Sequence record: NZ_CP025192.1
Direction: 5' to 3' (one strand)
Origin: a plasmid
Length of the DNA stretch: 64,000 nucleotides
Positions 45,372 through 54,386 of this stretch are shown here, one piece after another. The first letter of the stretch is position 1. The number at the start of each line of letters is the position of its first letter. Below the pieces are notes generated by a model, which did not search any database, was not told where the DNA came from, and saw only the letters and a list, made by a program, of their open reading frames with translations. The translations under genes and the position numbers were made by a program.

Positions 45372-46084
45372 CCCGTCTTACGTTCAGTAAGACTAGGGCT
45401 TGTACTCCGCCCCCTCAAGGGTCATCGACGCCCGCGGATCGTGCGGGCCGCCATCATGGCCCTCCCCGGGGCGCCCGATGTCCACGCCTTCACCCCTCGC
45501 GTTCCGCCGCGAGCGGGCAGCAGGCCTCGGCGGTGACATGGGCCAGCCGGCTCAGCCGCAGCACCGTGACGCTGCTGCCCGGCACGGCCGCGGCGATGTG
45601 CTGCAGCACCGGGATCCGGCCCAGCACCTGCTCGCTCACCGCCTGTGCCACCAGGTCGGCCCCCGACACGCCGGCCGGCGTCCACACCGCCCGCCGGGCA
45701 AGGTCTCCTCCGCTGCCAGCAGCATCGGCCCGGTCGAAGGAGCGGGAGGAGTCACCGCTTCTCTCTCCCCCTGCCCTGTCCGTAGTTGTTGCACCAGTTC
45801 AGGGACAGCACGGCGCCTACTGAGGCCAACACGCTGGGCAGCAACGCGGCGGATGGAAGGCCCGACGGTCGGCGGCCGAAACCATAATTTCCAGGTAAGG
45901 CTACAAGCCACCTTCACCAGCCGCGTCCTCTACCAGTGTCAAAAGCGCTGTAGCTTGGCCGGGCTGGCACCAAGCCCCTGGCCGCAGAGCAGCTGAGCCG
46001 CACCATGCCATAGCCTGATGCCGAGGCCCTGAACGGCCTGTTCGAGCGGTACGGCAAGCCGCCGATCGCGCTGGCGGATGCGAT

Positions 46085-46200
46085 AAAGCTGACAGCAAAC
46101 CGTCGTCAGACGGCTGACAGCCACCAGACTGACAACAGCCAGCCAATGGAGAATAGTGTGCCAACTGTTGTCTATTGACAAACTGACAACAATTTGAGCT
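46085..46200. repeat. direct/inverted CTGACA(A/G)C repeats upstream of second parA (candidate centromere/operator)
   Basis: gCTGACAGCaaac, gGCTGACAGCcac, gaCTGACAACagc, then aacTGTTGTCtatTGACAAaCTGACAACaat (inverted pair TTGTC/GACAA). Related caactgtcaactgttg also occurs within parG2 (about 47100-47130). Confidence 0.5.
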
Positions 46201-46239
46201 TCTTTCGGAGGGGAAACATCTAATCGAGGGAATCATTCG

Positions 46240-46935
46240 ATGCCGACCATATCTCTTGCCAGCTCTAAAGGTGGCGCTGGCAAGTCCACGACAGCCGTCG
46301 TCCTGGCGACCGAACTCGCCGCGCGTGGCGCGACCGTCACTCTCATTGATGCCGACCCGAACCAGCCGGTCGTCCGATGGAGCCGGAAGGCCGGGAAGCC
46401 GGAAGGTGTTATTGTCATCGGCGGCGTCACCGAGGAAACAGTGTCGGAGGTGATCGATGAGGCTGCCGGCCAGACGCAATTCGTCATTGTTGACCTGGAA
46501 GGCACGGCGTCCGTCATGGTCGCCTATGCCATGAGCCGGTCGGATCTGGTCATCATACCGATGCAGGGGTCGGAACTCGACGGTGTCGAGGCGGCCAAGG
46601 TGATCGGCTTCATCAGGCGGCAGGAGAAGGCCTACAAGCTGTCGATCCCATACGCTGTCCTGTTCACTAAGACGAACCCGGCCGTCCGGCCGCGGACGCT
46701 GAAAGCGCTTGAAGCGGACTTCCTGAAGCAGGGCATCCCCGTTTTCTCGACCGCCCTGCATGAACGGGACGCGTTCCGCGCCGTGTTTAGCTTCGGCGGC
46801 GGCTTGGCCAGCTTGGCCGACAAGCCTGTCGGCGGATTGAAGCCCGCAGCCGAGAACGCCCGCGCCCTGATGACCGAAGTCGTAACCCGCCTGGATAAGC
46901 AGGCGGCGCCAGCCCAAGCCGCGGAGGTCGCATAA
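46240..46935 (+). CDS. parA: ParA-family partition ATPase (second copy, different lineage)
   Basis: Deviant Walker A SSKGGAGKSTTA. 231 aa. Confidence 0.85.
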   Translation: MPTISLASSKGGAGKSTTAVVLATELAARGATVTLIDADPNQPVVRWSRKAGKPEGVIVIGGVTEETVSEVIDEAAGQTQFVIVDLEGTASVMVAYAMSRSDLVIIPMQGSELDGVEAAKVIGFIRRQEKAYKLSIPYAVLFTKTNPAVRPRTLKALEADFLKQGIPVFSTALHERDAFRAVFSFGGGLASLADKPVGGLKPAAENARALMTEVVTRLDKQAAPAQAAEVA

Positions 46936-47360
46936 TGTCCAACATACGCCCCAGCATCTTCGCCGAGGACTCTGACGACGACGTCGACCTTACCCGTTTC
47001 GCGCCGAAGGCTCTGAAGCCACCGCCTGTGCCAGCCGCCGACATACGCCGCCTGTCCGAGGAATCCGGCTTTCCCAGTCGTGCGCCGTCATCTGGCGACA
47101 GACAGACAACAGTAGCGCAACTGTCAACTGTTGGCACTTTGCCAGCACCTGTGCGCCGCCCCGCAAAGACAGGCCGGACCCAGCTGTTGAACGCCCGCGT
47201 CACGCCGAAGGCGCTTGAGCGCTATCATGCGATCGTCGCAGCCGAGCAGCAGCGGTACGAGGCCGGGGAAATCACGCATAAGCCGACGCTCGGTGAGATC
47301 GTCGAGATGGCCCTGGCGGCCCTGGAGAGGGAGCGCGCCAAGAAGGGAAGGGGGGCATGA
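46935..47360 (+). CDS. ParG/ParB-like small partition protein (RHH C-terminus)
   Basis: 141 aa, start overlapping parA stop. C-terminal TQLLNARVTPKALERYHAIVAAEQ resembles an RHH beta-strand/helix. Position downstream of parA. Confidence 0.5.
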   Translation: MSNIRPSIFAEDSDDDVDLTRFAPKALKPPPVPAADIRRLSEESGFPSRAPSSGDRQTTVAQLSTVGTLPAPVRRPAKTGRTQLLNARVTPKALERYHAIVAAEQQRYEAGEITHKPTLGEIVEMALAALERERAKKGRGA

Positions 47361-48223
47361 GCGGAAAGCGCCCGGTCGTCCGGCCCCAGCTGGACCTGTT
47401 TGTCCCGTTCCTGTCCGACATCGATCTGCGCGACCAGATGGAGCTGATGGAGCGGCCGTTCTTCAGCCTGTCCAAGAACAAGCGGATGAGGGAGATCGAC
47501 TACAGGAGCCCGGACGGCACAGTCAGCCTCAAGGTGAAGCCGCACCAGGCCTATGGTATGGCGACGATCTGGGATGCCGACATCCTGATCTGGGCGGCGT
47601 CGCAGCTGAGCAGCATGAAGAACAAGGGCGTCAACGACCTGCCCCGCACGCTGCACACCCGCACCTATGATCTGTTGAAGGCGATCGGCCGTGGCACGGG
47701 CGGCGACCATGCGAAGCTGCTGGTCGTCGGCATCGCTCGCCTTAAATCGATGATGATCGAGACGAACATCGGCCGCAAGGACGGAGAAGAGATGGCGATC
47801 TTCAGCTGGATCGACGCCGGCGGCGGGACGGCATACTGGTCGGTGACGACGATGCCGGGATCTCGATCACGCTGTCGGACTGGTTCTATCGCCGCGTGCT
47901 GGACGACCGCGCCCTGCTGACGATCGACCCGGCTTATTTCGCGATCACCGGCGGCCGCGAACGCTGGCTGTACCGCGTCGCGCGCAAGCATGGCGGCGGC
48001 AACGGCGGCAACGGCTTCGCCATCAGCTTCCCAACTCTGTTCGAGAAATCCGGTGCCGAGGGCACCTATCGGCGCTTCAAGTTCGAGCTGCTGAAAATCA
48101 TCGAGCGCAACGCGCTGCCAGGATTCGACCTGTTCCTGGAGACGGGGAGAGGAGGGGACCCAGCCCTGCGTATGGTGCGCGCGACGGAGCCTAAGGCCGA
48201 GCCGGCAGACGATCAGCTCCTGG
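47357..48223 (+). pseudogene. repA: RPA-family replication initiator repA, frameshifted near 47818-47830 (G-run) and abutted at its 3' end by IS6 copy B
   Basis: Frame A (47357-47920): LMERPFFSLSKNKRMREIDYRSPDGTVSLKVKPHQAYGMATIWDADILIWAASQL...LLKAIGRGTGGDHAKL...IETNIGRKDGEE. Frame B (47896-48282) continues ...ITLSDWFYRRVLDDRALLTIDPAYFAITGGRERWLYRVARKHGGG...RRFKFELLKIIERN. The IS6 terminus starts at 48224. Confidence 0.6.
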
Positions 48224-49053
48224 GGCATTGTCACGTTGTTTGGGGACCGAGCAAGTTTGACCGCGAGGCGGAGTTTGCGTGACCTTACGCCGCCATATGG
48301 GCACACGTCTCCTGCCGCCAGATCCGAAAGGCCTTGGAGCGCTCGCGCCGGTATTGATCGGCGGCCATCAGGTGCCGCCGCGGACGGAAGTGGCCATAGA
48401 TCATCGCGTGCGCCGACAAAAACCGCTGGGCTTGCCCGGCTGACTTGAAGCGCTGCATCGCGCGTTCTCGACGTCGGGTCGGCCTATGGGAATTCTCGGC
48501 ACGATTGTTCAGGTAGCGGCTGGTCCGATGCTGCACACCGGGTAGGACCTCTCGCTGTGCAACGCCATAGCTGCGGAGCCCATCGGTGACGATCTTGCGG
48601 GGTCTATACTGGAGGCCCACCAGCAGGCGCTTGAAGAAGCGTTTGGCGGCCGTGGCATTGCGGCGCTCCTGCACCAGGATGTCGAGCACGACTCCGTGCT
48701 GATCCACCGCGCGCCAGAGATAAAAGAGCTCGCCGTTGATCTTCAGGTAAACTTCATCCATGTGCCAGGTGTCGCCCGGTCTTGGCCGCCGCTTGCGCAG
48801 CTTGGCCGCGAACTCCGTGCCGAAGCGGAGGCACCAGCGACGGATACTCTCGTAGCTGACCACCACGCCCCGCTCGGCCAGGATCAGCTCGATGTCGCGT
48901 AGGCTCAGGCTGAACAGGTGGTAGAGCCAGACAGCATGCTGGATGACCTCGGCCGGGAAACGGTAGCCGGGGTAGGTGGTGGGCTCGGACGGCATGCCGC
49001 CAGCTTCGCCTGACGAGTTCGTTCCAGCCAGAGCTGGCCAACGTGACAATGCC
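48224..49053 (-). mobile_element. IS6-family insertion sequence, copy B (complete, inverted relative to copy A)
   Basis: Terminal inverted repeats GGCATTGTCACGTTG (48224-48238) and CAACGTGACAATGCC (49039-49053). 830 bp. Confidence 0.85.
48285..48995 (-). CDS. tnpA: IS6-family transposase
   Basis: 236 aa from ATG 48995 (MPSEPTTYPGYRFPAEVIQHAVWLYHLF...). Identical to partial copy A. Confidence 0.9.
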   Translation of the reverse strand: MPSEPTTYPGYRFPAEVIQHAVWLYHLFSLSLRDIELILAERGVVVSYESIRRWCLRFGTEFAAKLRKRRPRPGDTWHMDEVYLKINGELFYLWRAVDQHGVVLDILVQERRNATAAKRFFKRLLVGLQYRPRKIVTDGLRSYGVAQREVLPGVQHRTSRYLNNRAENSHRPTRRRERAMQRFKSAGQAQRFLSAHAMIYGHFRPRRHLMAADQYRRERSKAFRIWRQETCAHMAA

Positions 49054-49196
49054 CCGGGTCGCACTGGAGAATGGCCAGGGCGTCACCGAATTCGAGCCCA
49101 ATCACAGCGCGGCCAATGAGATCAGGGGCGTGTGGAAGTGGTTGAAGACCGAACTTGGTATCGCTCGGCAAAGGCAGGAGAGGGCGGCTTAAGAAG

Positions 49197-49577
49197 ATGG
49201 CACGACGCAGCAGCGCGATTGCCAACCTGGATATCGAGGCGGAAGGTTTGGCACAGCCGGATGGCCTGGCGGAACGTCTTCAGCGGAACCGCGAGACCCG
49301 AACCACAACGGTATCTGCGATCACCTCTCCGACGAAAGGAGCCGCACAGCCTGCCGATCCGGCTTCTGCTGTCAACATGCCGCCTGGACGCAGTGGAGGC
49401 CGAGGCCGAAATGACTGGCGCAACGGGAAGGCCATGGTCCAGGTGGCTCTCGATGAGGAGATGCACACCGAACTGAGCATCATCGCCAAGCGTCGAAGGA
49501 TGACGCTGAGCCAGCTTGCCCGCGAAGCCATGAACCTTTGGCTCGAAACCCACGGGCATACCCTTCGCATCCGATGA
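49197..49577 (+). CDS. ribbon-helix-helix (CopG/Arc-like) DNA-binding protein
   Basis: 126 aa from MARRSSAIANLD. C-terminal KAMVQVALDEEMHTELSIIAKRRRMTLSQLAREAMNLWLE is an RHH. Followed immediately by dyad operators. Confidence 0.6.
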   Translation: MARRSSAIANLDIEAEGLAQPDGLAERLQRNRETRTTTVSAITSPTKGAAQPADPASAVNMPPGRSGGRGRNDWRNGKAMVQVALDEEMHTELSIIAKRRRMTLSQLAREAMNLWLETHGHTLRIR

Positions 49578-49584
49578 AGCTAGA

Positions 49585-49640
49585 CCTCATTACCTCATGA
49601 GGTAACTTCATGTCCTCATGGTCTCATGAGGAATATTAAC
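49585..49640. promoter_or_regulatory. dyad-symmetric operator cluster (TACCTCATGAGGTA palindrome and TGTCCTCATG-gtct-CATGAGGAAT)
   Basis: cattaCCTCATGAGGtaacttcatgTCCTCATGgtctCATGAGGAatatt. The second dyad recurs at 62568-62597 as TGTCCTCATGaacaCATGAGGGAAT. Confidence 0.55.
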
Positions 49641-49879
49641 TGCCTTGTCTGCGGTGGTCCGCAGTCTCCGTCTAGCCATTACGTCCGAACGATAACCGAG
49701 CCGGCCGCTACAGCGGCTCGGCGCATTCGTGGTTCCGGACTGCTGGGTAGGCGGCAAGGACATGAAGTCCCTCACAGCGATTGCCGTTTCCGTTCGCACC
49801 GCAGCTGACAATCCTCGAACCGGGCCGGATTGGAGGGCAACGGGTATGAGAGGACATCTGGGGGGCAGGGAAGATCCGC

Positions 49880-49990
49880 TACCGCTAGCGTCGGACGCGC
49901 GACAAGGGTTCGTCGCTGCGCTCCCGCGCCGGGGCAGGCCCCGGCCGCGCCCTTGTCCCGCCTCCGCCTCGCGGTCGCCGGGTGGAATCC
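49880..49990 (+). repeat. GC-rich structured repeat element, copy A (upstream of Toprim gene)
   Basis: core cgcgcGACAAGGGttcgtcgctgcgctcccgcgcc...gcgCCCTTGTCccgcc, same family as copies at 54245, 56180, 59290 and 62625. ATG of next gene about 20 bp downstream. Confidence 0.6.
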
Positions 49991-50009
49991 AGGCGAAGGA
50001 TTCCGGGCG

Positions 50010-50963
50010 ATGAGTGGGCATGACGAGGAACTGCAGCGGCTGCGCGAGGGGGTGAACTGTGCAGCCCTGCTTGAACGGTTGACGCCCCCATGGCGGCTGG
50101 ACAAGGCCGCCAGCACACGGGACTGCCTCAAGTACCGCCGGGGCAAGGGCGAGATCATCATCGTCAACCATGGCGGCCACGGCTGGTGGGACGCCGGGGG
50201 CACCGCCAAGGGCGACGTGTTCGGGCTGGTGCAGCACCTGAACCCCGGACTGAGCTTCGGCCATGTCCGCAAGCTGCTGCGGGAGATGATCGGGCTCCAG
50301 CCCAGCTTTCCCGAGCACCCTCGGACGGTCAGGGCCGCCGGCGACGGCATCCCAGCAGCGGATCGCTGGACCGCGGCCCGTCCTCTCCGCCCGGGCGGCA
50401 GGGCCTGGCGCTACCTGACGGAAGCCCGCCGGCTGCCGGGCCCGATCCTGCGGGCCGCCGTAGCGTCCGATGCGATCCGGGAGGGCGCCTATGGCACGGC
50501 CTGGTTCGCTCACCGCGACGAGTTGGGCGCCCTGACCGGCTTCGAGATGCGGGGCGCGGATTTCCGTGGCTTCGCCAAGGGGGCGGACAAGACCCTGTTC
50601 CGGCTGCCCGGTTGGATCCCGTCGCAGCCACGGCGCCCGAGCCGGCTGGCCGTGGCCGAGGCGCCGATCGACGCCCTCAGCCTCGCGGCCATCGAACGGT
50701 TGCGGGGCGACACCCTCTACGTGGCGACGTCCGGAGGCATGGGCCCCGGAACGGTACGCGGTCTCGCCCTCCTGCTGGCGGACCTGGCCACCTTCCCGGA
50801 TGCCCTGCTGGCCAGCGCGACCGACAACGATCCGGCTGGCGATCGCTATGCCGCCATGCTGGCCGAGCAGGCCGCGGCGGTCGGCGTGCGCTGCGAACGG
50901 CTGGCGCCGCCCGCGCCACTGAACGACTGGAACGACGCGCTGACACAGGGGAGGGGGGCATGA
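50010..50963 (+). CDS. DUF3991/Toprim-domain protein (conjugative-plasmid primase-like)
   Basis: 317 aa from ATG 50010. C-terminal Toprim-like acidic motifs (LAVAEAPIDALSLAAIE...ATDNDPAGDRYA). Typical leading-region gene. Confidence 0.6.
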   Translation: MSGHDEELQRLREGVNCAALLERLTPPWRLDKAASTRDCLKYRRGKGEIIIVNHGGHGWWDAGGTAKGDVFGLVQHLNPGLSFGHVRKLLREMIGLQPSFPEHPRTVRAAGDGIPAADRWTAARPLRPGGRAWRYLTEARRLPGPILRAAVASDAIREGAYGTAWFAHRDELGALTGFEMRGADFRGFAKGADKTLFRLPGWIPSQPRRPSRLAVAEAPIDALSLAAIERLRGDTLYVATSGGMGPGTVRGLALLLADLATFPDALLASATDNDPAGDRYAAMLAEQAAAVGVRCERLAPPAPLNDWNDALTQGRGA

Positions 50964-51298
50964 CCGCCTTCACGGAAACCCCGACGACACCTCTCAGCCA
51001 GGACGCGGTGGATCTTGCGCGAGCACTGCGCGCTGCCTTCCAGCGCATGCCCGAGCGCCGGCGACAACGCTGCACGGTCCCGCCCACCGGCGACGCCGGC
51101 ATCGACCGCCCCGTGCTGGTCGAGGCCTTCGACGGCTCGGACCACTACGCGGGGGTGATCGTCAGGGGAGAGCGTGACGACGCCGGCGCCTGGCTTCTGG
51201 ACGAGGCCTTCACTCTGCTCACCCTCGACCACGGTGACGGCGCCGACGCCGCGCTGGTGGCGTGCAACGGATGGAACTGCCATGTCGAGCGCCTCTGA
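50960..51298 (+). CDS. hypothetical protein
   Basis: 113-aa ORF, ATGA overlap with preceding gene stop. No motif recognised. Confidence 0.35.
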   Translation: MTAFTETPTTPLSQDAVDLARALRAAFQRMPERRRQRCTVPPTGDAGIDRPVLVEAFDGSDHYAGVIVRGERDDAGAWLLDEAFTLLTLDHGDGADAALVACNGWNCHVERL

Positions 51299-53324
51299 TC
51301 TCGCCGTGCAGGGCCGGCCGATCGCCGGTCTGACGCGCACCCAGGCCGAGGCGGCTTCGCTGACCGGAGCGGTGCTGGTGCTGGCCGGTGCCGGGACCGG
51401 CAAGACCAGCACCCTCACCGCCGGCGTCGCGCTGCGCATCGCCGAGCGTGGCATCCCGGCCGCCCGGATCCTGGCCGTGACCTTCACCAACAAGGCTGCC
51501 GGCGAGATGCGGGCGCGCATCGTCGCGCTGCTCGGGGGACAGTCCGCGCCGTCCTGGATCGGCACCTTCCACGGGCTCGGTGCCCGGCAGCTCCGGCTGG
51601 AGCCGGAGATGGCCGGTCTGCGGGCGGATTTCGATGTGCTCGATGCCGACGATGCCAGGCGACTGCTCAGGCGCGTCATGAAGGCGTCCGGGACGGAGGC
51701 GGGCGAGGACGAGATCATCGGCAAGGACCCCGTCAAGGCGATCGCCGGCCATATCGGGCGCTTCAAGGAGAACATGGTCACGCCCGCCCAGGCGGCGGTC
51801 CGGGTCGAGGCCATGCTGGCCGCCAGTCCGCTGGCCGATGCCTCTGGGCTGCGCGCCGCAGCGCGCCTCTACCCGGAGTATCAGCGCCGGCTGCGAGACG
51901 CCAATGCCGCCGACTTCGGGGACCTCCTGCTCTGGCCCGCCGTGGCGATGGCAGCCGACGAGGAGCGCCGCCGCCGCCTTGCCGGCCGCTTCTCCTGCCT
52001 GCTCGCCGACGAGTACCAGGACGTGAATGCCGTGCAGTACCGCTGGCTTCGGCTGATGGCGCAGGACCACGGTGAGATCTTCGCGGTGGGCGACGACGAT
52101 CAGGCGGTGTTCGGCTGGCGAGGCGCCGATATCGAGTACATCCGGCGCTTCACGCGGGACTTCCACGGCTCTGCCGTGGTCAAGCTGGAGGAGAACTTCC
52201 GCTCCACCGGGCATATCCTCGCCGCGGCCAATGCGGTGATCGCGCGCGACGACACTCGGCTCGGCAAGACGCTCCGACCCACGCGCGAGCAGGGCCAGCC
52301 GATCGAGGTGGTGAGGTTCCGCAACGACGAGGCCGAGGCCACCGGCCTCGCCTCGGAGATCCGCAGCCGCCACGCAGAAGGCGTACAATGGCAGGACATG
52401 GCCATCCTCTACCGCGCCAACCACCTCTCGCGCGGAATCGAAGACGAGTTGCTGCGGGCCAAGGTGCCCTACGTCCTCGTCGGCGACGTCGCCTTCTACC
52501 AGCGTGCCGAGATCAAGGATGCCCTCGCGCTGCTGCGCCTCGCCAACTCGCCAGACGACTGCCAGTCCGACGAGGCCTTCCGCCGTGCCTGCAACAACCC
52601 GCCCCGTGGCATCGGTCCGAAAGCCCTCGACCTGCTGGAGCGCGACGCGGAGTGGCGTGGATCGTCCCTGCTGGCGGCGTGCCACACCGCCGACTTGCCG
52701 CCCCGGGTCCGGGGCACGGCGGGAACCTTCGCCGATGCCATTCGAGGCGTCGCGGCCGATTCCACGGCCTCGGTCGCCGACCGGCTCTCCCAGCTGCTCG
52801 ACCGCACCGGCTATCGCCAGTGGCTCCGCGACAGCAGGGCCGAGACGGTCGAAGGGAGGCTGGAGAACCTCGCGGAGCTGGTGCAGCTGGCCAGTGGTTT
52901 CCATTCCGCGACCGATCTGCTGGAGCATGCCGCCCTGGCCAGCGCAGCTCCCGGCGAGGAGACCGAAGGGCGGGTGCAACTCCTCACCCTCCACCGGGCC
53001 AAGGGCCTGGAGTTCGGGCACGTCTTCCTGCCTGCCTGGAACGACACGATCTTTCCGAGCCAGTACGGTGATGCTGCCGAGGAACGGCGCCTGGCCTATG
53101 TGGCCCTGACCCGGGGCAAGGAGCGGGTGGCCGTCAGCTACGCCGAGTTCCGGCGCGGCTACGTCGATCCCTCGCCGTTCCTCGACGACATCCCGGCCGA
53201 CAACCGCCACGAGGGCTGGCTGCGGCCCGTGGCGCGGCGGCCAGCGCGGATCTCGCCCCGTCAGGCCGGTATGGACGCCCTCAACGAGATGGTCGCCGGC
53301 CTTCGGTCCCGGCCGACGGCATAG
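51282..53324 (+). CDS. UvrD/Rep/PcrA-family superfamily-1 DNA helicase
   Basis: Walker A AGAGTGKTSTL, motif Ia VTFTNKAAGEM, motif II (LADEYQDVN), VGDDDQAVFGWRGA, C-terminal LTLHRAKGLEFGHVFL and YVALTRGKE. About 680 aa. Confidence 0.85.
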   Translation: MSSASDLAVQGRPIAGLTRTQAEAASLTGAVLVLAGAGTGKTSTLTAGVALRIAERGIPAARILAVTFTNKAAGEMRARIVALLGGQSAPSWIGTFHGLGARQLRLEPEMAGLRADFDVLDADDARRLLRRVMKASGTEAGEDEIIGKDPVKAIAGHIGRFKENMVTPAQAAVRVEAMLAASPLADASGLRAAARLYPEYQRRLRDANAADFGDLLLWPAVAMAADEERRRRLAGRFSCLLADEYQDVNAVQYRWLRLMAQDHGEIFAVGDDDQAVFGWRGADIEYIRRFTRDFHGSAVVKLEENFRSTGHILAAANAVIARDDTRLGKTLRPTREQGQPIEVVRFRNDEAEATGLASEIRSRHAEGVQWQDMAILYRANHLSRGIEDELLRAKVPYVLVGDVAFYQRAEIKDALALLRLANSPDDCQSDEAFRRACNNPPRGIGPKALDLLERDAEWRGSSLLAACHTADLPPRVRGTAGTFADAIRGVAADSTASVADRLSQLLDRTGYRQWLRDSRAETVEGRLENLAELVQLASGFHSATDLLEHAALASAAPGEETEGRVQLLTLHRAKGLEFGHVFLPAWNDTIFPSQYGDAAEERRLAYVALTRGKERVAVSYAEFRRGYVDPSPFLDDIPADNRHEGWLRPVARRPARISPRQAGMDALNEMVAGLRSRPTA

Positions 53325-53363
53325 CAGGCCGCTGCTCGATCACATCCCCACAGGAAACCAGCG

Positions 53364-54209
53364 ATGCACACCGAAGCCTCCTTCATCCAGCGCCTCGAGC
53401 GCTACCGTTCCTCGAACACCGTGCCCCATGCGGTTTGGGTCGCGGACTGGCAAGCCGAGACCGATCGATGGAGCGATCCCGTGCTCCTGCCCCGCAGCAA
53501 CGTCGAGCCGGCCCTCGCGGCGGCCGAATTCGTGCAGAGCCTGGACCGGGAGATGGACCGTCAGGCCGCGGACAGGTTCTTCTCCGCCTGGGGCGGTCGC
53601 GTGGCATGGTTCTTCTGCCGCCGGGAGGGGGACGTCGCGGTCGCCTACCTTCGTCAGGCCGTGGGACATCATTCTCCCATCCTTATGGGCTGGACGGACA
53701 GGGTGGAGAACAAGATCCAGGACGTGGCGCACGCCCATCCGCTCCTGGCACGCTTCCTGGGCATGAGAGAGTACAGTTGGGACACCCCGGAGTACCGGAC
53801 CCTGTGTGCCGACCTCGGCCTCGATCCGGACTTCCAGCGGCCCTGTCCCCTGCCGGAGCATGCGGAGATGGGCGGCCAGCTGATCCGCTGGCTCGGCAAG
53901 CAACTCAACATCCTGGGTGTCATCGGGCCGGCGATGGACGATCCGCGGTGGGTGTACCTGAACTTGGGGAGGGACATGGTCACGGCCCTGCTACCCGAGG
54001 GCCGTGAACGCCCCTGGACCATCCGCGAGATCCTCGGGCGTCTCAAGGCGGTGCCCCCGCATGCCGTGCCATGCCGTGACGAGTTCCTGCGGGCCTTCGC
54101 AGACGTTCCTGCCGCCGAGCCGGGAGAGCGGCCGTGGCGGCCAGTTCCGCCGCCGAGCTTTTTCGCCCGTGTCGAGGCACTGCTGAGGCGTCCCGTGCAA
54201 GGGCGCTGA
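53364..54209 (+). CDS. hypothetical protein
   Basis: 281-aa ORF between the helicase and GHKL genes. No motif recognised. Confidence 0.4.
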   Translation: MHTEASFIQRLERYRSSNTVPHAVWVADWQAETDRWSDPVLLPRSNVEPALAAAEFVQSLDREMDRQAADRFFSAWGGRVAWFFCRREGDVAVAYLRQAVGHHSPILMGWTDRVENKIQDVAHAHPLLARFLGMREYSWDTPEYRTLCADLGLDPDFQRPCPLPEHAEMGGQLIRWLGKQLNILGVIGPAMDDPRWVYLNLGRDMVTALLPEGRERPWTIREILGRLKAVPPHAVPCRDEFLRAFADVPAAEPGERPWRPVPPPSFFARVEALLRRPVQGR

Positions 54210-54244
54210 GGAGCGTCGAAGGAAAGGGAGGTGGAGTGGCAGGA

Positions 54245-54380
54245 GGCCCTGCCACCCTCGCCCGGTGCGCAGCAAGGGTTCGTCGGCTGGTGCCTCCCGC
54301 CGCTGCGCGGCGCCCTTGTCTCGCCCCGGATCGGGGCGGCTGCGGGGAGGGGTCTTCAAGAAGAAGACCAGCAGGAGATT
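54245..54380 (+). repeat. GC-rich structured repeat element, copy B (upstream of GHKL ATPase gene)
   Basis: ctgccaccctcgcccggtgcgcAGCAAGGGttcgtcggctggtgcctcccgccgctgcgcggcgCCCTTGTCtcgccccgg, then gaagaagaccagcaggagattcc before GTG 54387. Confidence 0.6.
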
Positions 54381-54386
54381 CCACCC

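Noticed and set aside
45901-46917. 338-aa minus-strand ORF
   Set aside because: Antisense to the second parA, which has a clear Walker A.
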